From an uncultured Rickettsiales bacterium (lineage in GTDB: Bacteria; Pseudomonadota; Alphaproteobacteria; Rickettsiales; CAZAGG01): 64,000 nt of DNA. The notes below the pieces were generated by a model. The model was not told the origin of the DNA. It did no database searches and worked only from the letters and a program-made list of their open reading frames with translations. The translations under genes and the position numbers were made by a program. The stretch is from the NCBI GenBank assembly GCA_964484565.1, contig CAZAGG010000003.1, forward strand, positions 7,169 through 71,168, read 5' to 3'. Each line of letters opens with the position of its first letter. Within the stretch, counting starts at the first letter, position 1. Of this stretch, positions 1 to 8,567 are shown piece by piece.

Positions 1-491
1 TCACAATAATTACTTGCTGATTTTGGAATATATGCACGTTCTTCAGGCGTTGTTTCGCGGAAGAACTTTGCAGGCCTTCCCGTCCACACCTGATTTGCGG
101 GAACAATTTTATTTGGGGTTACCATCGCCCCTGCCCCAACCCAGCCGTAACTTTCAACCACGACGTCATCCATAACCAGTGCACCCATTCCAATGAATGC
201 ATTATCTTTTATGGTGCAGCCATGAAGGGTTACGCTGTGCCCAACCGTTACGCCTGAGCCAATAATGGTAGGGCTGGTGACGCGAGTAACATGAACTATT
301 GAGCCATCTTGAATATTGGTTCTATCGCCAATTCTAATATGATTTACATCGCCTCTTACCACGCATCCAAACCAGATTCCGCAGTCTTCACCTATCTCTA
401 CATCTCCGATAATATAGGCATTGGGCGCAATATAGGCCGATTTCGCAATTTTGGGATAAATTCCCTTATATGGTAAAATATTTCCTGTCAT
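1..491 (-). CDS. gamma-carbonic-anhydrase-like hexapeptide-repeat (left-handed beta-helix) protein; C-terminus runs off the window
   Basis: My own translation from the ATG at 491..489 gives MTGNILPYKGIYPKIAKSAYIAPNAYIIGDVEIGEDCGIWFGCVVRGDVNHIRIGDRTNIQDGSIVH..., a YrdA/PaaY-type repeat pattern. The frame stays open to position 1, which explains its absence from the ORF track. Confidence 0.8.
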   Translation of the reverse strand, partial: MTGNILPYKGIYPKIAKSAYIAPNAYIIGDVEIGEDCGIWFGCVVRGDVNHIRIGDRTNIQDGSIVHVTRVTSPTIIGSGVTVGHSVTLHGCTIKDNAFIGMGALVMDDVVVESYGWVGAGAMVTPNKIVPANQVWTGRPAKFFRETTPEERAYIPKSASNYC

Positions 492-497
492 ATTCAA

Positions 498-1859
498 CTA
501 GCCGCCTCTTTTCTTCAGTTCTTCTGCTATCAAAAACGCTAGTTCAAGGCTTTGTGATGCGTTAAGGCGTGGGTCGCAGTGTGTATGATAACGTGCATGC
601 AAATCAACCTCTGAGATTGCTTGTGCGCCACCCAAACACTCGGTTACATCCTGCCCTGTCATTTCAAAGTGAACTCCGCCTGCATAACTTCCCTCTGCAT
701 GGTGAATTGCAAAGAATGAGCGCACCTCAGATAAAATCTGGTTGAAATGTCTGGTTTTGATTCCATTTGGCGATTTTACAGTATTGCCATGCATTGGGTC
801 GCAAGACCACACAATCGGCTTGCCAGAATTTTTAATTGCACGCACCAACGGCGGCAATAAGTCACCAACTTTATCTGCTCCCATTCTGGAGATTAAAACC
901 AGTTTTCCAGCTTCTGCATTTGGGTTTAAAACGTCAATTAGTTTAAGCAAATCATCTGGTTTAGTTGAAGGCCCTACCTTAACCCCTATAGGGTTTGCAA
1001 TTCCACGCATATATTCAACGTGCGCCTCATCAAGATTTCTGGTTCTATCGCCTATCCATAACATGTGCGCCGAACAATCGAACCATTCATTGGTGTTATC
1101 ATCATATTTGGTTAGAGCTTCTTCATATCCTAAAAGTAATGCTTCGTGAGACGTATAAAAATCAGCTTCTCTGAATTGCTCTACCTCGTCGAGTGGAAGG
1201 GTGCTTGCCTCAATAAAACTAAGGCATTCATTGATTCTATCAACCACATTTTGGAATCTCTTTCCCTGAGGAGATCTCTCAGCAAAATCCATGTTCCAAC
1301 TGTTTATACGCCTTAAAGACGCATAGCCACCTCTTGCCAAAGAGCGCAAAAAATTAAGTGTGGCCGCTGATTGATAATAAACCCTTAGAAGTCTTTCAGG
1401 GTCAGCATTTCTTGCATTTTCATCAAATTCCATCCCATTAACCATATCACCGCGATATGCAGGAAGCGTTACACCATCAATAACTTCAACCCCAGATGAA
1501 CGAGGCTTGGCAAATTGTCCTGCAACCCTGCCAACCTTAACAACCTGACATCCCGCGCCATACATAAGCGCGACAGTCATCTGCAACAAAACGCGGAAAT
1601 AACTTCTGAGGTTATCTTCACTAAATTCTGCAAAACTCTCCGCACAATCACCGCCTTGCAATAAAAATGCCTTTCCAGCAGCAACTTTAGCTAAATCTTT
1701 CTTTAGTTTGCGAATTTCATTCTTCGCAACCAACGGAGGCAACTTAGAAAGCTCACTCTCTGCATTGGCTAGAGCCTGTGCATCCGTATATTCTGGTTGC
1801 TGAACTATTGGCATATCGCGCCAAGTTTTAGGATTCCAATCTTTCATATTCATAGTCAT
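498..1859 (-). CDS. class II 3-deoxy-7-phosphoheptulonate (DAHP) synthase
   Basis: 453 aa. It has the class II (plant/actinobacterial-type) N-terminus [12 protein letters not shown]...[11 protein letters not shown] and a C-terminal HGNT motif. Confidence 0.9.
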   Translation of the reverse strand: MTMNMKDWNPKTWRDMPIVQQPEYTDAQALANAESELSKLPPLVAKNEIRKLKKDLAKVAAGKAFLLQGGDCAESFAEFSEDNLRSYFRVLLQMTVALMYGAGCQVVKVGRVAGQFAKPRSSGVEVIDGVTLPAYRGDMVNGMEFDENARNADPERLLRVYYQSAATLNFLRSLARGGYASLRRINSWNMDFAERSPQGKRFQNVVDRINECLSFIEASTLPLDEVEQFREADFYTSHEALLLGYEEALTKYDDNTNEWFDCSAHMLWIGDRTRNLDEAHVEYMRGIANPIGVKVGPSTKPDDLLKLIDVLNPNAEAGKLVLISRMGADKVGDLLPPLVRAIKNSGKPIVWSCDPMHGNTVKSPNGIKTRHFNQILSEVRSFFAIHHAEGSYAGGVHFEMTGQDVTECLGGAQAISEVDLHARYHTHCDPRLNASQSLELAFLIAEELKKRGG

Positions 1860-1946
1860 TCGATCAAAACTTTCATTTTTTTATTGTCATAGCGGTTAAG
1901 AACGCTATCTTCAACCTTTATACTAAATAAAGTAGTAATTATAATT

Positions 1947-2789
1947 ATGAGTTCAGAAAATACCATTGCTTTTCAAGGAGTGTCGGGTGCTAATTCAGAC
2001 ATGGCTTGTCGTTTGGCCTATCCATATATGAATACGCTTGCATGCCCTAGTTTTGAAGACGTTTTTGAAGCAGTTGAATCTGGAAAAGCCAAACTTGGCA
2101 TGCTGCCAATTGAAAACTCAACTGCGGGAAGAGTTGCAGAAATTCACAATCTTCTACCAAAATCAAATGTTCACATCGTGGGAGAACACTTCCAGAAGAT
2201 AAATCATACCCTTCTTGGAATTGCTGGAACCAAAATTTCAGACATCAAAACGGTATATTCTCACCCACAAGCCCTTATGCAGTGCAGAGAATCGCTTAGA
2301 AAATTAGGGGTAGAAACTGTTGCTCACACCAACACCGCGGCAGCGGCGGCCGATGTTGCAAAATGGAATGATAAAAGCAAAGCTGCAATTGCCTCAGTTC
2401 TTGCAGGCGAACTTTATGGACTACAAAAGATTCAAGAAAACTTTGAAGATGTTCATTCTAATTTCTCAATATTCGTATCTATCTCAAAAGAGCCAGTTGA
2501 TTACTCACCAGAAGATGAAAACATTCTAACCACGATTATTTTTACAGTGAGAAATATTCCATCTGCTCTCTATAAAGCTATGGGTGGATTCGCCACCAAT
2601 GGCGTGAATATGATAAAACTTGAAAGCTACATTCCAGCAGGAAGTTCAGATACAGCTCAGTTTTTTATGACTGTTCAGGGTCATCCACAAAGCCGAAATT
2701 TACAGTTAGCATTAGAGGAACTTGGGTTTTTCTGCAAAAAAGTTAGAATTCTTGGAGTATATCCTGCCGCAAAAGAAAGATTTAGCTAA
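1947..2789 (+). CDS. pheA: prephenate dehydratase
   Basis: 280 aa. IAFQGVSGANSD at the N-terminus, a PDT domain and a C-terminal ACT-like region. Divergent from the DAHP synthase gene. Confidence 0.88.
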   Translation: MSSENTIAFQGVSGANSDMACRLAYPYMNTLACPSFEDVFEAVESGKAKLGMLPIENSTAGRVAEIHNLLPKSNVHIVGEHFQKINHTLLGIAGTKISDIKTVYSHPQALMQCRESLRKLGVETVAHTNTAAAAADVAKWNDKSKAAIASVLAGELYGLQKIQENFEDVHSNFSIFVSISKEPVDYSPEDENILTTIIFTVRNIPSALYKAMGGFATNGVNMIKLESYIPAGSSDTAQFFMTVQGHPQSRNLQLALEELGFFCKKVRILGVYPAAKERFS

Positions 2790-2847
2790 ACATTTTTAAC
2801 TAATTTGATATAATCTCAAAATATCTATCTAAAAATAGGGAAGAAAG

Positions 2848-3108
2848 ATGTCATTCGCAGAAAAAATTAAAAGCAAAAAAAATCGCTGTTACCTAATATT
2901 GCATAACCATAGAATTAGGGGAGAAGAATTCTTCTTTCTTCTTGTTGATCCTATTAAGGAAAATATGTTTCTAAAAATGATGAAAGGCACTGAGCCTTTC
3001 TCTCTATCTGATTACGGCGAGATAGTCGCTTCAGGTTTAGGCAAGCCTTCTGCTGAGTTGAAAGCTGAAATGAAGGCTAAGTATGATATTGAATATAACG
3101 ACGAATAA
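2848..3108 (+). CDS. hypothetical small protein
   Basis: 86-aa ORF with a purine-rich stretch (gggaagaaag) directly upstream. I recognise no family. Confidence 0.4.
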   Translation: MSFAEKIKSKKNRCYLILHNHRIRGEEFFFLLVDPIKENMFLKMMKGTEPFSLSDYGEIVASGLGKPSAELKAEMKAKYDIEYNDE

Positions 3109-3114
3109 TATTCC

Positions 3115-3786
3115 TTGCGCTTTCACGCTGTCATTGTTGCTGCTGGAAGCTCGTTAAGATTCGATAGCCATATACCCAAGCAATACATTCCATACAAGGA
3201 AAGACCCGTATTGTGGCACTCTTTAAATGCTTTTCTAGAAGCAGGGTTTTTCTCGCAAATTATTATATGTGTTAATTTAGAACACAAAGCACTTTATGAA
3301 CCTATAATAGATTCGCTTGATACCGACAATATACTTACAGTAAGCGGCGGAGAAACAAGACAAAAATCGGTTTATAACGGATTATTAGCACTAGAAAAAC
3401 AAGCCACAGAATCCGATGTTGTATTCATTCACGATGCTGCACGCGCAAACATATCTCGAAATTTAATAAAGAAATTGAAAGAGGCAACAAATACCCACTC
3501 CGCCATTGTGCCCGTTGTTCCAGTGCGTGATACCATTAAAATGATACAAAATAATGTTGTTATAAAAACCCTACCACGAGATGAGATATTCGCCGTACAA
3601 ACTCCACAAGTTTTTAATTTTCACAAAATATTAACCGCTCATCGTGCATTAATAGATGAAAATCACACAGATGATTCATCAATTGCAGAAGCATTTGGAA
3701 TAAAAGTTCATGCAATAGATGGGGAACAGCAAAATTTTAAAATAACTTATCAAAGTGATATGGAGATAACAGGTGGCAAATTTTAG
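3115..3786 (+). CDS. ispD: 2-C-methyl-D-erythritol 4-phosphate cytidylyltransferase
   Basis: 223 aa with a TTG start. AVIVAAGSSLRF, GGETRQKSV and a VQTPQ motif are typical of IspD. Confidence 0.88.
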   Translation: MRFHAVIVAAGSSLRFDSHIPKQYIPYKERPVLWHSLNAFLEAGFFSQIIICVNLEHKALYEPIIDSLDTDNILTVSGGETRQKSVYNGLLALEKQATESDVVFIHDAARANISRNLIKKLKEATNTHSAIVPVVPVRDTIKMIQNNVVIKTLPRDEIFAVQTPQVFNFHKILTAHRALIDENHTDDSSIAEAFGIKVHAIDGEQQNFKITYQSDMEITGGKF

Positions 3787-4258
3787 AATCGGCATTGGTT
3801 ATGATGCACATAAGTTTATAGATTCAGAAAACAATACTATACGAATATGCGGCCTTAATATTCCATATCACCGAAAAATAGAAGGACACTCAGATGCAGA
3901 CATCGTTCTGCACGCTGTTGTTGATGCTATTTTAGGGGCAATTGGAGAAAATGATATCGGCCATCACTTTCCCCCTTCAGATATGCGATTTAAGAACGCT
4001 GACTCATCAATATTCATTGCAAAGGCATTGGAACTAATGCGCGACAAAAATTTTAAAATCAGCAATGTTGATGTGATTATTATCGCTGAGGAGCCGAAAA
4101 TATCTCCACACCGCTTTGAAATGCGCGAAAATCTAGCAAAAATGCTCAACATGGATACCAACCGTGTTAACATTAAAGCAACCACCACTGAAGGAATGGG
4201 TTTCACTGGAAGGAAAGAAGGAATCGCCGCCAACGCCGCCGTTTTGGTTTATGTTTAG
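3773..4258 (+). CDS. ispF: 2-C-methyl-D-erythritol 2,4-cyclodiphosphate synthase
   Basis: 161 aa. FRIGIGYDAHKF, GHSDADIVLHA and TTTEGMGFTGR are present. GTG start at 3773 with GGAGA six nt upstream. It overlaps ispD by 14 nt in the +1 frame. Confidence 0.88.
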   Translation: MANFRIGIGYDAHKFIDSENNTIRICGLNIPYHRKIEGHSDADIVLHAVVDAILGAIGENDIGHHFPPSDMRFKNADSSIFIAKALELMRDKNFKISNVDVIIIAEEPKISPHRFEMRENLAKMLNMDTNRVNIKATTTEGMGFTGRKEGIAANAAVLVYV

Positions 4259-4265
4259 CTTTTTG

Positions 4266-5798
4266 CTATAAACCAACCCCTTGTTGAGAATCATCTTTCG
4301 ACTTACTTTGCAAAGCCCTTGCAACGAACCCAACAATTCCATTTTTAGCAGCATTAACACCAACAACATCATCCCCAAACGTTCTAGGGAATCTATCTTG
4401 GATTGTTTTGATGGCTTCTTCGCTTATCTGCAAATCTCCCGCTTCAGTTCTGCTAATACCTTTTATATCCAAAGATTTAAATGCATTTAAAACATCTAAA
4501 GTAAAATTATTAAGACCATTAACTTCTCCATAACGGCCACGCGCATCCAGCAAGCCTTTACAACCACTTAAATCTAAATAACATTTATTATCTCTAGAAA
4601 CAATTTTTGCACCAGTTAAATCGGCATCTTTATCCTTCTCTTTCGCGGCAATAATAAGACCTTGAGGCAGAGTATCTTTTCTCGCAAAACGATTTGCGAT
4701 AGAATCAGGAAAATCAGATGCAGTAACATTTACATCTACAGATGGCTGCTGAATATCTGAGTAATTATCAACCACTGGTTGTTCTTGCTTAGATAAATTG
4801 GGAGAATATTGCTCTATCAATTTTGGATCATGCAAAACTAAATATTGCCCTTCTATACTAGCTCTTTCAGAGCCTATATTTTTCAGGAATTTAGCAATTC
4901 TTTCTACATCATCCTTATCTATAACCAGCTTTACTTTTCCATCTAAATGCTTCGAGAATTTAGCATCACCACTATTCAAAGTAGCCATTAAATCATTCTC
5001 TAACTCTTCAAGCCTTTCTGCTTCGAAGGCAGCAGGATAAAAAGTAAACTCATCTGGTGCCCAACCTTCTTTATTCTGAGTGTATGTTACCAGCTGATTT
5101 ACTGCGCTTTTAAATTTACAAAGCTCAGGAACGGCTTGGCTAGATTGATCTATACTTGCAACAGAAATCACAGAACTTCTAACGCATAAATTACCGTTTT
5201 CATCGATTCTAAAGTTTGCTCCTTCATCGTATCCTAGCCCTATAGTTGGCTGAACCCGACTCACTATATCTTTAACTCTTTGCTCTAAAAGATTGACAAT
5301 TTTTTTCCCTAGTTCTGATTCATCACTAATGTTAAAAACTTGTTCTATATTGTAATCTTTATTCACAAATTCGATGTTATCTTTATAGGAATCGATATCG
5401 TTTATTCCTTCGAAAAGAGCTCTATGTAATTTAGTTATGGTAGGATTATAATCAGCAATAGCGAGATTTGATTTAAAACTTACATTATTATCTGCAGATA
5501 CTGTAAAATGAGTTGTGTTAAAAAGATCATCAACGCAATTAAAACCGTCTGGTATTCTTGCAAGCCCATCAATAACCATATCAGGGTGCAATCTTGCAAG
5601 TTCGCGTTGAATATCGTTTCCAATCTGGTAGTATATTTCGTCTTTTATCAGAGTCACTCTAGGCAATGCTTGTAAATTAATAGAATCGCTTATACTTATA
5701 TTTACACTGAATCCTGATTCCGGACTGAACTGCAAGGCTTCTGCTGGTATACTAGCCAAAAGTTCTTTATCTTCATCTGTCAACGGTTTTGTAGCCAT
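4266..5798 (-). CDS. hypothetical protein (510 aa orphan)
   Basis: Long uninterrupted ORF with normal-looking amino-acid composition. No signal peptide or transmembrane segment is obvious and I recognise no domain. A promoter-like repeat element lies upstream. Confidence 0.7.
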   Translation of the reverse strand: MATKPLTDEDKELLASIPAEALQFSPESGFSVNISISDSINLQALPRVTLIKDEIYYQIGNDIQRELARLHPDMVIDGLARIPDGFNCVDDLFNTTHFTVSADNNVSFKSNLAIADYNPTITKLHRALFEGINDIDSYKDNIEFVNKDYNIEQVFNISDESELGKKIVNLLEQRVKDIVSRVQPTIGLGYDEGANFRIDENGNLCVRSSVISVASIDQSSQAVPELCKFKSAVNQLVTYTQNKEGWAPDEFTFYPAAFEAERLEELENDLMATLNSGDAKFSKHLDGKVKLVIDKDDVERIAKFLKNIGSERASIEGQYLVLHDPKLIEQYSPNLSKQEQPVVDNYSDIQQPSVDVNVTASDFPDSIANRFARKDTLPQGLIIAAKEKDKDADLTGAKIVSRDNKCYLDLSGCKGLLDARGRYGEVNGLNNFTLDVLNAFKSLDIKGISRTEAGDLQISEEAIKTIQDRFPRTFGDDVVGVNAAKNGIVGFVARALQSKSKDDSQQGVGL

Positions 5799-5889
5799 AA
5801 CTAAATCTCTTAAAATAATTTATTAAATCCAAACTACACAATACATTAATATATTAAATAATACTAATTAAGTTTTTGTTACAGTTGAG

Positions 5890-5918
5890 TTTATAGTGTT
5901 TCTTGAAAAAATTGACAA
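5890..5918 (-). promoter_or_regulatory. sigma70-like promoter inside the repeat element, facing the 510-aa orphan
   Basis: On the minus strand: TTGTCA (5918..5913), a 17-nt spacer, then TATAAA (5895..5890). It lies about 90 nt upstream of the ATG at 5798. Confidence 0.4.
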
Positions 5919-5937
5919 CGCAGCGCATCTCAAATAA
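5902..5937 (-). repeat. 36-bp core of a dispersed repeat, identical to 47068..47103 on the + strand
   Basis: The reverse complement is TTATTTGAGATGCGCTGCGTTGTCAATTTTTTCAAG, a 36/36 match to 47068..47103. Flanking similarity extends the element to about 60 bp. Confidence 0.85.
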
Positions 5938-8091
5938 CTAACTAATAGTGCCTAGGCTAAAAGTTGCTAGCGCCCCGCCAGAGGTGCGGTTTGTTAGGGT
6001 AAGTTTGCCTCCATGTTCTTCAACTATACGTTTGCATATGGCAAGGCCTAGACCTGTACCCTTTGCTCTGGTTGTAACATAAGGCTCTGTAATTCTTGGG
6101 AGAATCTCTTCAGGATAGCCATTCCCGTTATCTGCAATTTCTACAAATAAGAAATCACTCTCAACATTCATGGATATAGTAATCTCTGGATTATCAATCT
6201 TATTTTCAATTAAAGATTCAGAGGCGTTTTTAAGTAAATTAGTAAGAACCTGCCCTATCATTCTCGGGTCACATTTTGCATACACTTTTTCTGCAATAAA
6301 TCTGGTGGTATATTTCACTCCAGAATTAGCAATCTGTTCTGAGAATATTGTTTTTTTAATTAGCTCTGCAACATCAACTCTTGATAGCTCTGGGCTTGGC
6401 AATCGCGCAAAGGAGACGAACTCCTCCACCATTTTTCCTATATCTGCAACGTGGCGGGTTATAGTGTCTATATATTTAGTAAAGCTCTCTTTCTCCTGTA
6501 AATCATCTGGCACATATTTCCTTCTGATTCTCTCTGCTGACAGTTGAATTGGGGTAAGAGGATTTTTAATTTCATGGGCGATTCTTCTTGCAACATCAGC
6601 CCATGCAGATGTTCGCTGCGCGAGTATTAAATCGGTAACATCATCGAAAGTAATAATATAGGCGTTTTCAGAATCATCAGAGCTTTCTTTGGCTATTCTT
6701 ATATGTAAAATTCTGCTCACCCCTTTTGAGTTAATCGAAATCTCTTTCTGAATGGGCTTGCTAATGCCTTTTGCCTCTGAAACTATAATGCTATTTATTT
6801 CGCTACTTATATCAGATAGCTGCTCGATATTATCGCTTAGAATTCCTAGAAGTTCTATTGCAGAGCGATTTATAAGACTTACTTTAAGATTACTATCAAC
6901 GGCTATAACTCCAGCGGAAACACCAGACAAAACCGCCTCTATAAACTTCCTCCGCGTATCTAGCTCATGATTAACATCTATAAGTTCTCCTCTCTGCCTT
7001 TCAAGTTCAGAGGTCATTCGGTTAAATGACTTTGCAAGATGCGAAATTTCATCGTCAGAGATTTCCTGCGATTTTTCTTGCACCCTTACTGAGTAATCTC
7101 CTTCGCTTATTTTTTCAGATGCAGAGATTAAGCCTCTAAGTGGCTTTACTAAATCGGTTGCGAAAATTATTCCATACCAAACCGTTGCAAGAATAACCAC
7201 CATTGCAACGACTATAAACACGAAAATAAACTTAATTTGTAAACCTGATATTTGCTGTTGAAGGCTTAAATATTCATTTACCGCACCCCTCGTGCTATTC
7301 ATATAATCAAGAACCTTGCTATCAACAAAGCGGCCAACTAATAGATATGTCTCGTTAAGGCCATCAATTTTAACAAGTGCCCTCACCCTGTCGTCATCGT
7401 CATCGGTTATGATCACAACTTCGCCACTATCAGCCCGCTTAATTGCATCAAATGGTAACTTCTCAAATGCCAACGAAAATGTAAGTTGAGAGCTTGCAAC
7501 AATTCTATTGTGCTGAAAAACTACTGCCTCTGTTAGAGAACGAATTGCAGCTTGAGCCGAAACTAAATTTGCAAAATGAGAATGAGTTGTTGTTCCCATT
7601 ACTTCTCGGCCAAGATCGCCTGCCATTGCTTGTGCATCAGCACGAAGAACCTCTTTATGTTCAGCAAGATAGGCCTCTGCAACTAATAATGAATCTTTGA
7701 GAGCTGTGCTTACTTTATTATCAAACCAAGACTTTATTCCGTAATTAAAAAATGCCGCAGAAAATACCGAAACTATAATTGCTGGAATTATCGCGCCTAA
7801 ACAAAACATCGTGATAATTCTAGTTTGAAGCCTTGAGCCAGCAAATCCTTGCTTTACCTCTTGCCAAGAACGATAGACTCTGTTTAGCACAACTGATAAA
7901 AGCGCCAGCAGAACCGCGAGATTTATTAGAGTAATGCCAATCAATCGATTTGGAGAAGTAGTAAGAGGAGAATCATTTTCCGTTATATACCAATAACTTG
8001 CAATTCCAGTCAAAATTGCACATATAGTAAGCAACAAAGCTGTTTTCTTAGAATATGCAGCCCGCCTAACTAACTGCTTAAATCTGTTCAT
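5938..8091 (-). CDS. ntrY: sensor histidine kinase NtrY
   Basis: Multi-TM N-terminus, HAMP, PAS, and the H-box HEIKNPLTPIQLSAERIRRKY, followed by an HATPase domain. I placed the start at the ATG (8091) that forms an ATGA overlap with the upstream gene; the track ORF extends to 8148. Confidence 0.85.
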   Translation of the reverse strand: MNRFKQLVRRAAYSKKTALLLTICAILTGIASYWYITENDSPLTTSPNRLIGITLINLAVLLALLSVVLNRVYRSWQEVKQGFAGSRLQTRIITMFCLGAIIPAIIVSVFSAAFFNYGIKSWFDNKVSTALKDSLLVAEAYLAEHKEVLRADAQAMAGDLGREVMGTTTHSHFANLVSAQAAIRSLTEAVVFQHNRIVASSQLTFSLAFEKLPFDAIKRADSGEVVIITDDDDDRVRALVKIDGLNETYLLVGRFVDSKVLDYMNSTRGAVNEYLSLQQQISGLQIKFIFVFIVVAMVVILATVWYGIIFATDLVKPLRGLISASEKISEGDYSVRVQEKSQEISDDEISHLAKSFNRMTSELERQRGELIDVNHELDTRRKFIEAVLSGVSAGVIAVDSNLKVSLINRSAIELLGILSDNIEQLSDISSEINSIIVSEAKGISKPIQKEISINSKGVSRILHIRIAKESSDDSENAYIITFDDVTDLILAQRTSAWADVARRIAHEIKNPLTPIQLSAERIRRKYVPDDLQEKESFTKYIDTITRHVADIGKMVEEFVSFARLPSPELSRVDVAELIKKTIFSEQIANSGVKYTTRFIAEKVYAKCDPRMIGQVLTNLLKNASESLIENKIDNPEITISMNVESDFLFVEIADNGNGYPEEILPRITEPYVTTRAKGTGLGLAICKRIVEEHGGKLTLTNRTSGGALATFSLGTIS

Positions 8092-8519
8092 AAAGCTAAA
8101 AATGCAAAAACTATTGCGGCAAAAATCTGGAATGCCAGAACCAGCCAATAAACCCGATTAAAACTCTTTTTATTGGTCTTGTGTCGAAAGAATTTACTCG
8201 CCAAAAACGCTGCAGGAGTAGCCCCCAGAAGTGCAAACGCCAATAGTGTTTTTTCTGGAATGCGGTATCCAGAATTTTTTGCACGTTGTTTATCGAGATA
8301 ATATAAGAAAAACTCAACAACATTAATTGAAACTATGTGCGCGGCAATAATTTTTGTAACAAAAACAGAATCAAATTTAAATGAGTAATACTGCGGTGAT
8401 GGAACCATCAAATAAACAAGGCAACAGAGAACAAAAATATGCAACACAAACCATACATTCTGTAATGGTCTAATCGCTGCTGCAAAAGCCAGTAAAACTA
8501 TAATCGCATAAATAAGCAT
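8088..8519 (-). CDS. DUF1294-family membrane protein
   Basis: 143 aa. Contains YRIPEKTLLAFALLGATPAAFLASKFFRHKT, which is characteristic of DUF1294. Confidence 0.7.
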   Translation of the reverse strand: MLIYAIIVLLAFAAAIRPLQNVWFVLHIFVLCCLVYLMVPSPQYYSFKFDSVFVTKIIAAHIVSINVVEFFLYYLDKQRAKNSGYRIPEKTLLAFALLGATPAAFLASKFFRHKTNKKSFNRVYWLVLAFQIFAAIVFAFLAL

Positions 8520-8567
8520 TTCTATATTTTATAAACTCTGTTTTTAAATATGCAATTATATAAGCAG

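Noticed and set aside
742-1149. 135-aa + strand ORF inside the DAHP synthase gene. Many similar shadow ORFs appear in the track, for example 2320..2529, 3964..4233, 4133..4378, 6170..6547, 9781..10014, 12015..12395, 14838..15086, 33262..33492, 37573..37836, 49185..49544, 50307..50681, 51884..52225, 52292..52612 and 59807..60262.
   Set aside because: Each lies antisense to, or out of frame within, a long ORF that has clear family motifs. Their translations have the Leu/Ser/Arg/Cys-rich, low-information composition typical of non-coding frames.
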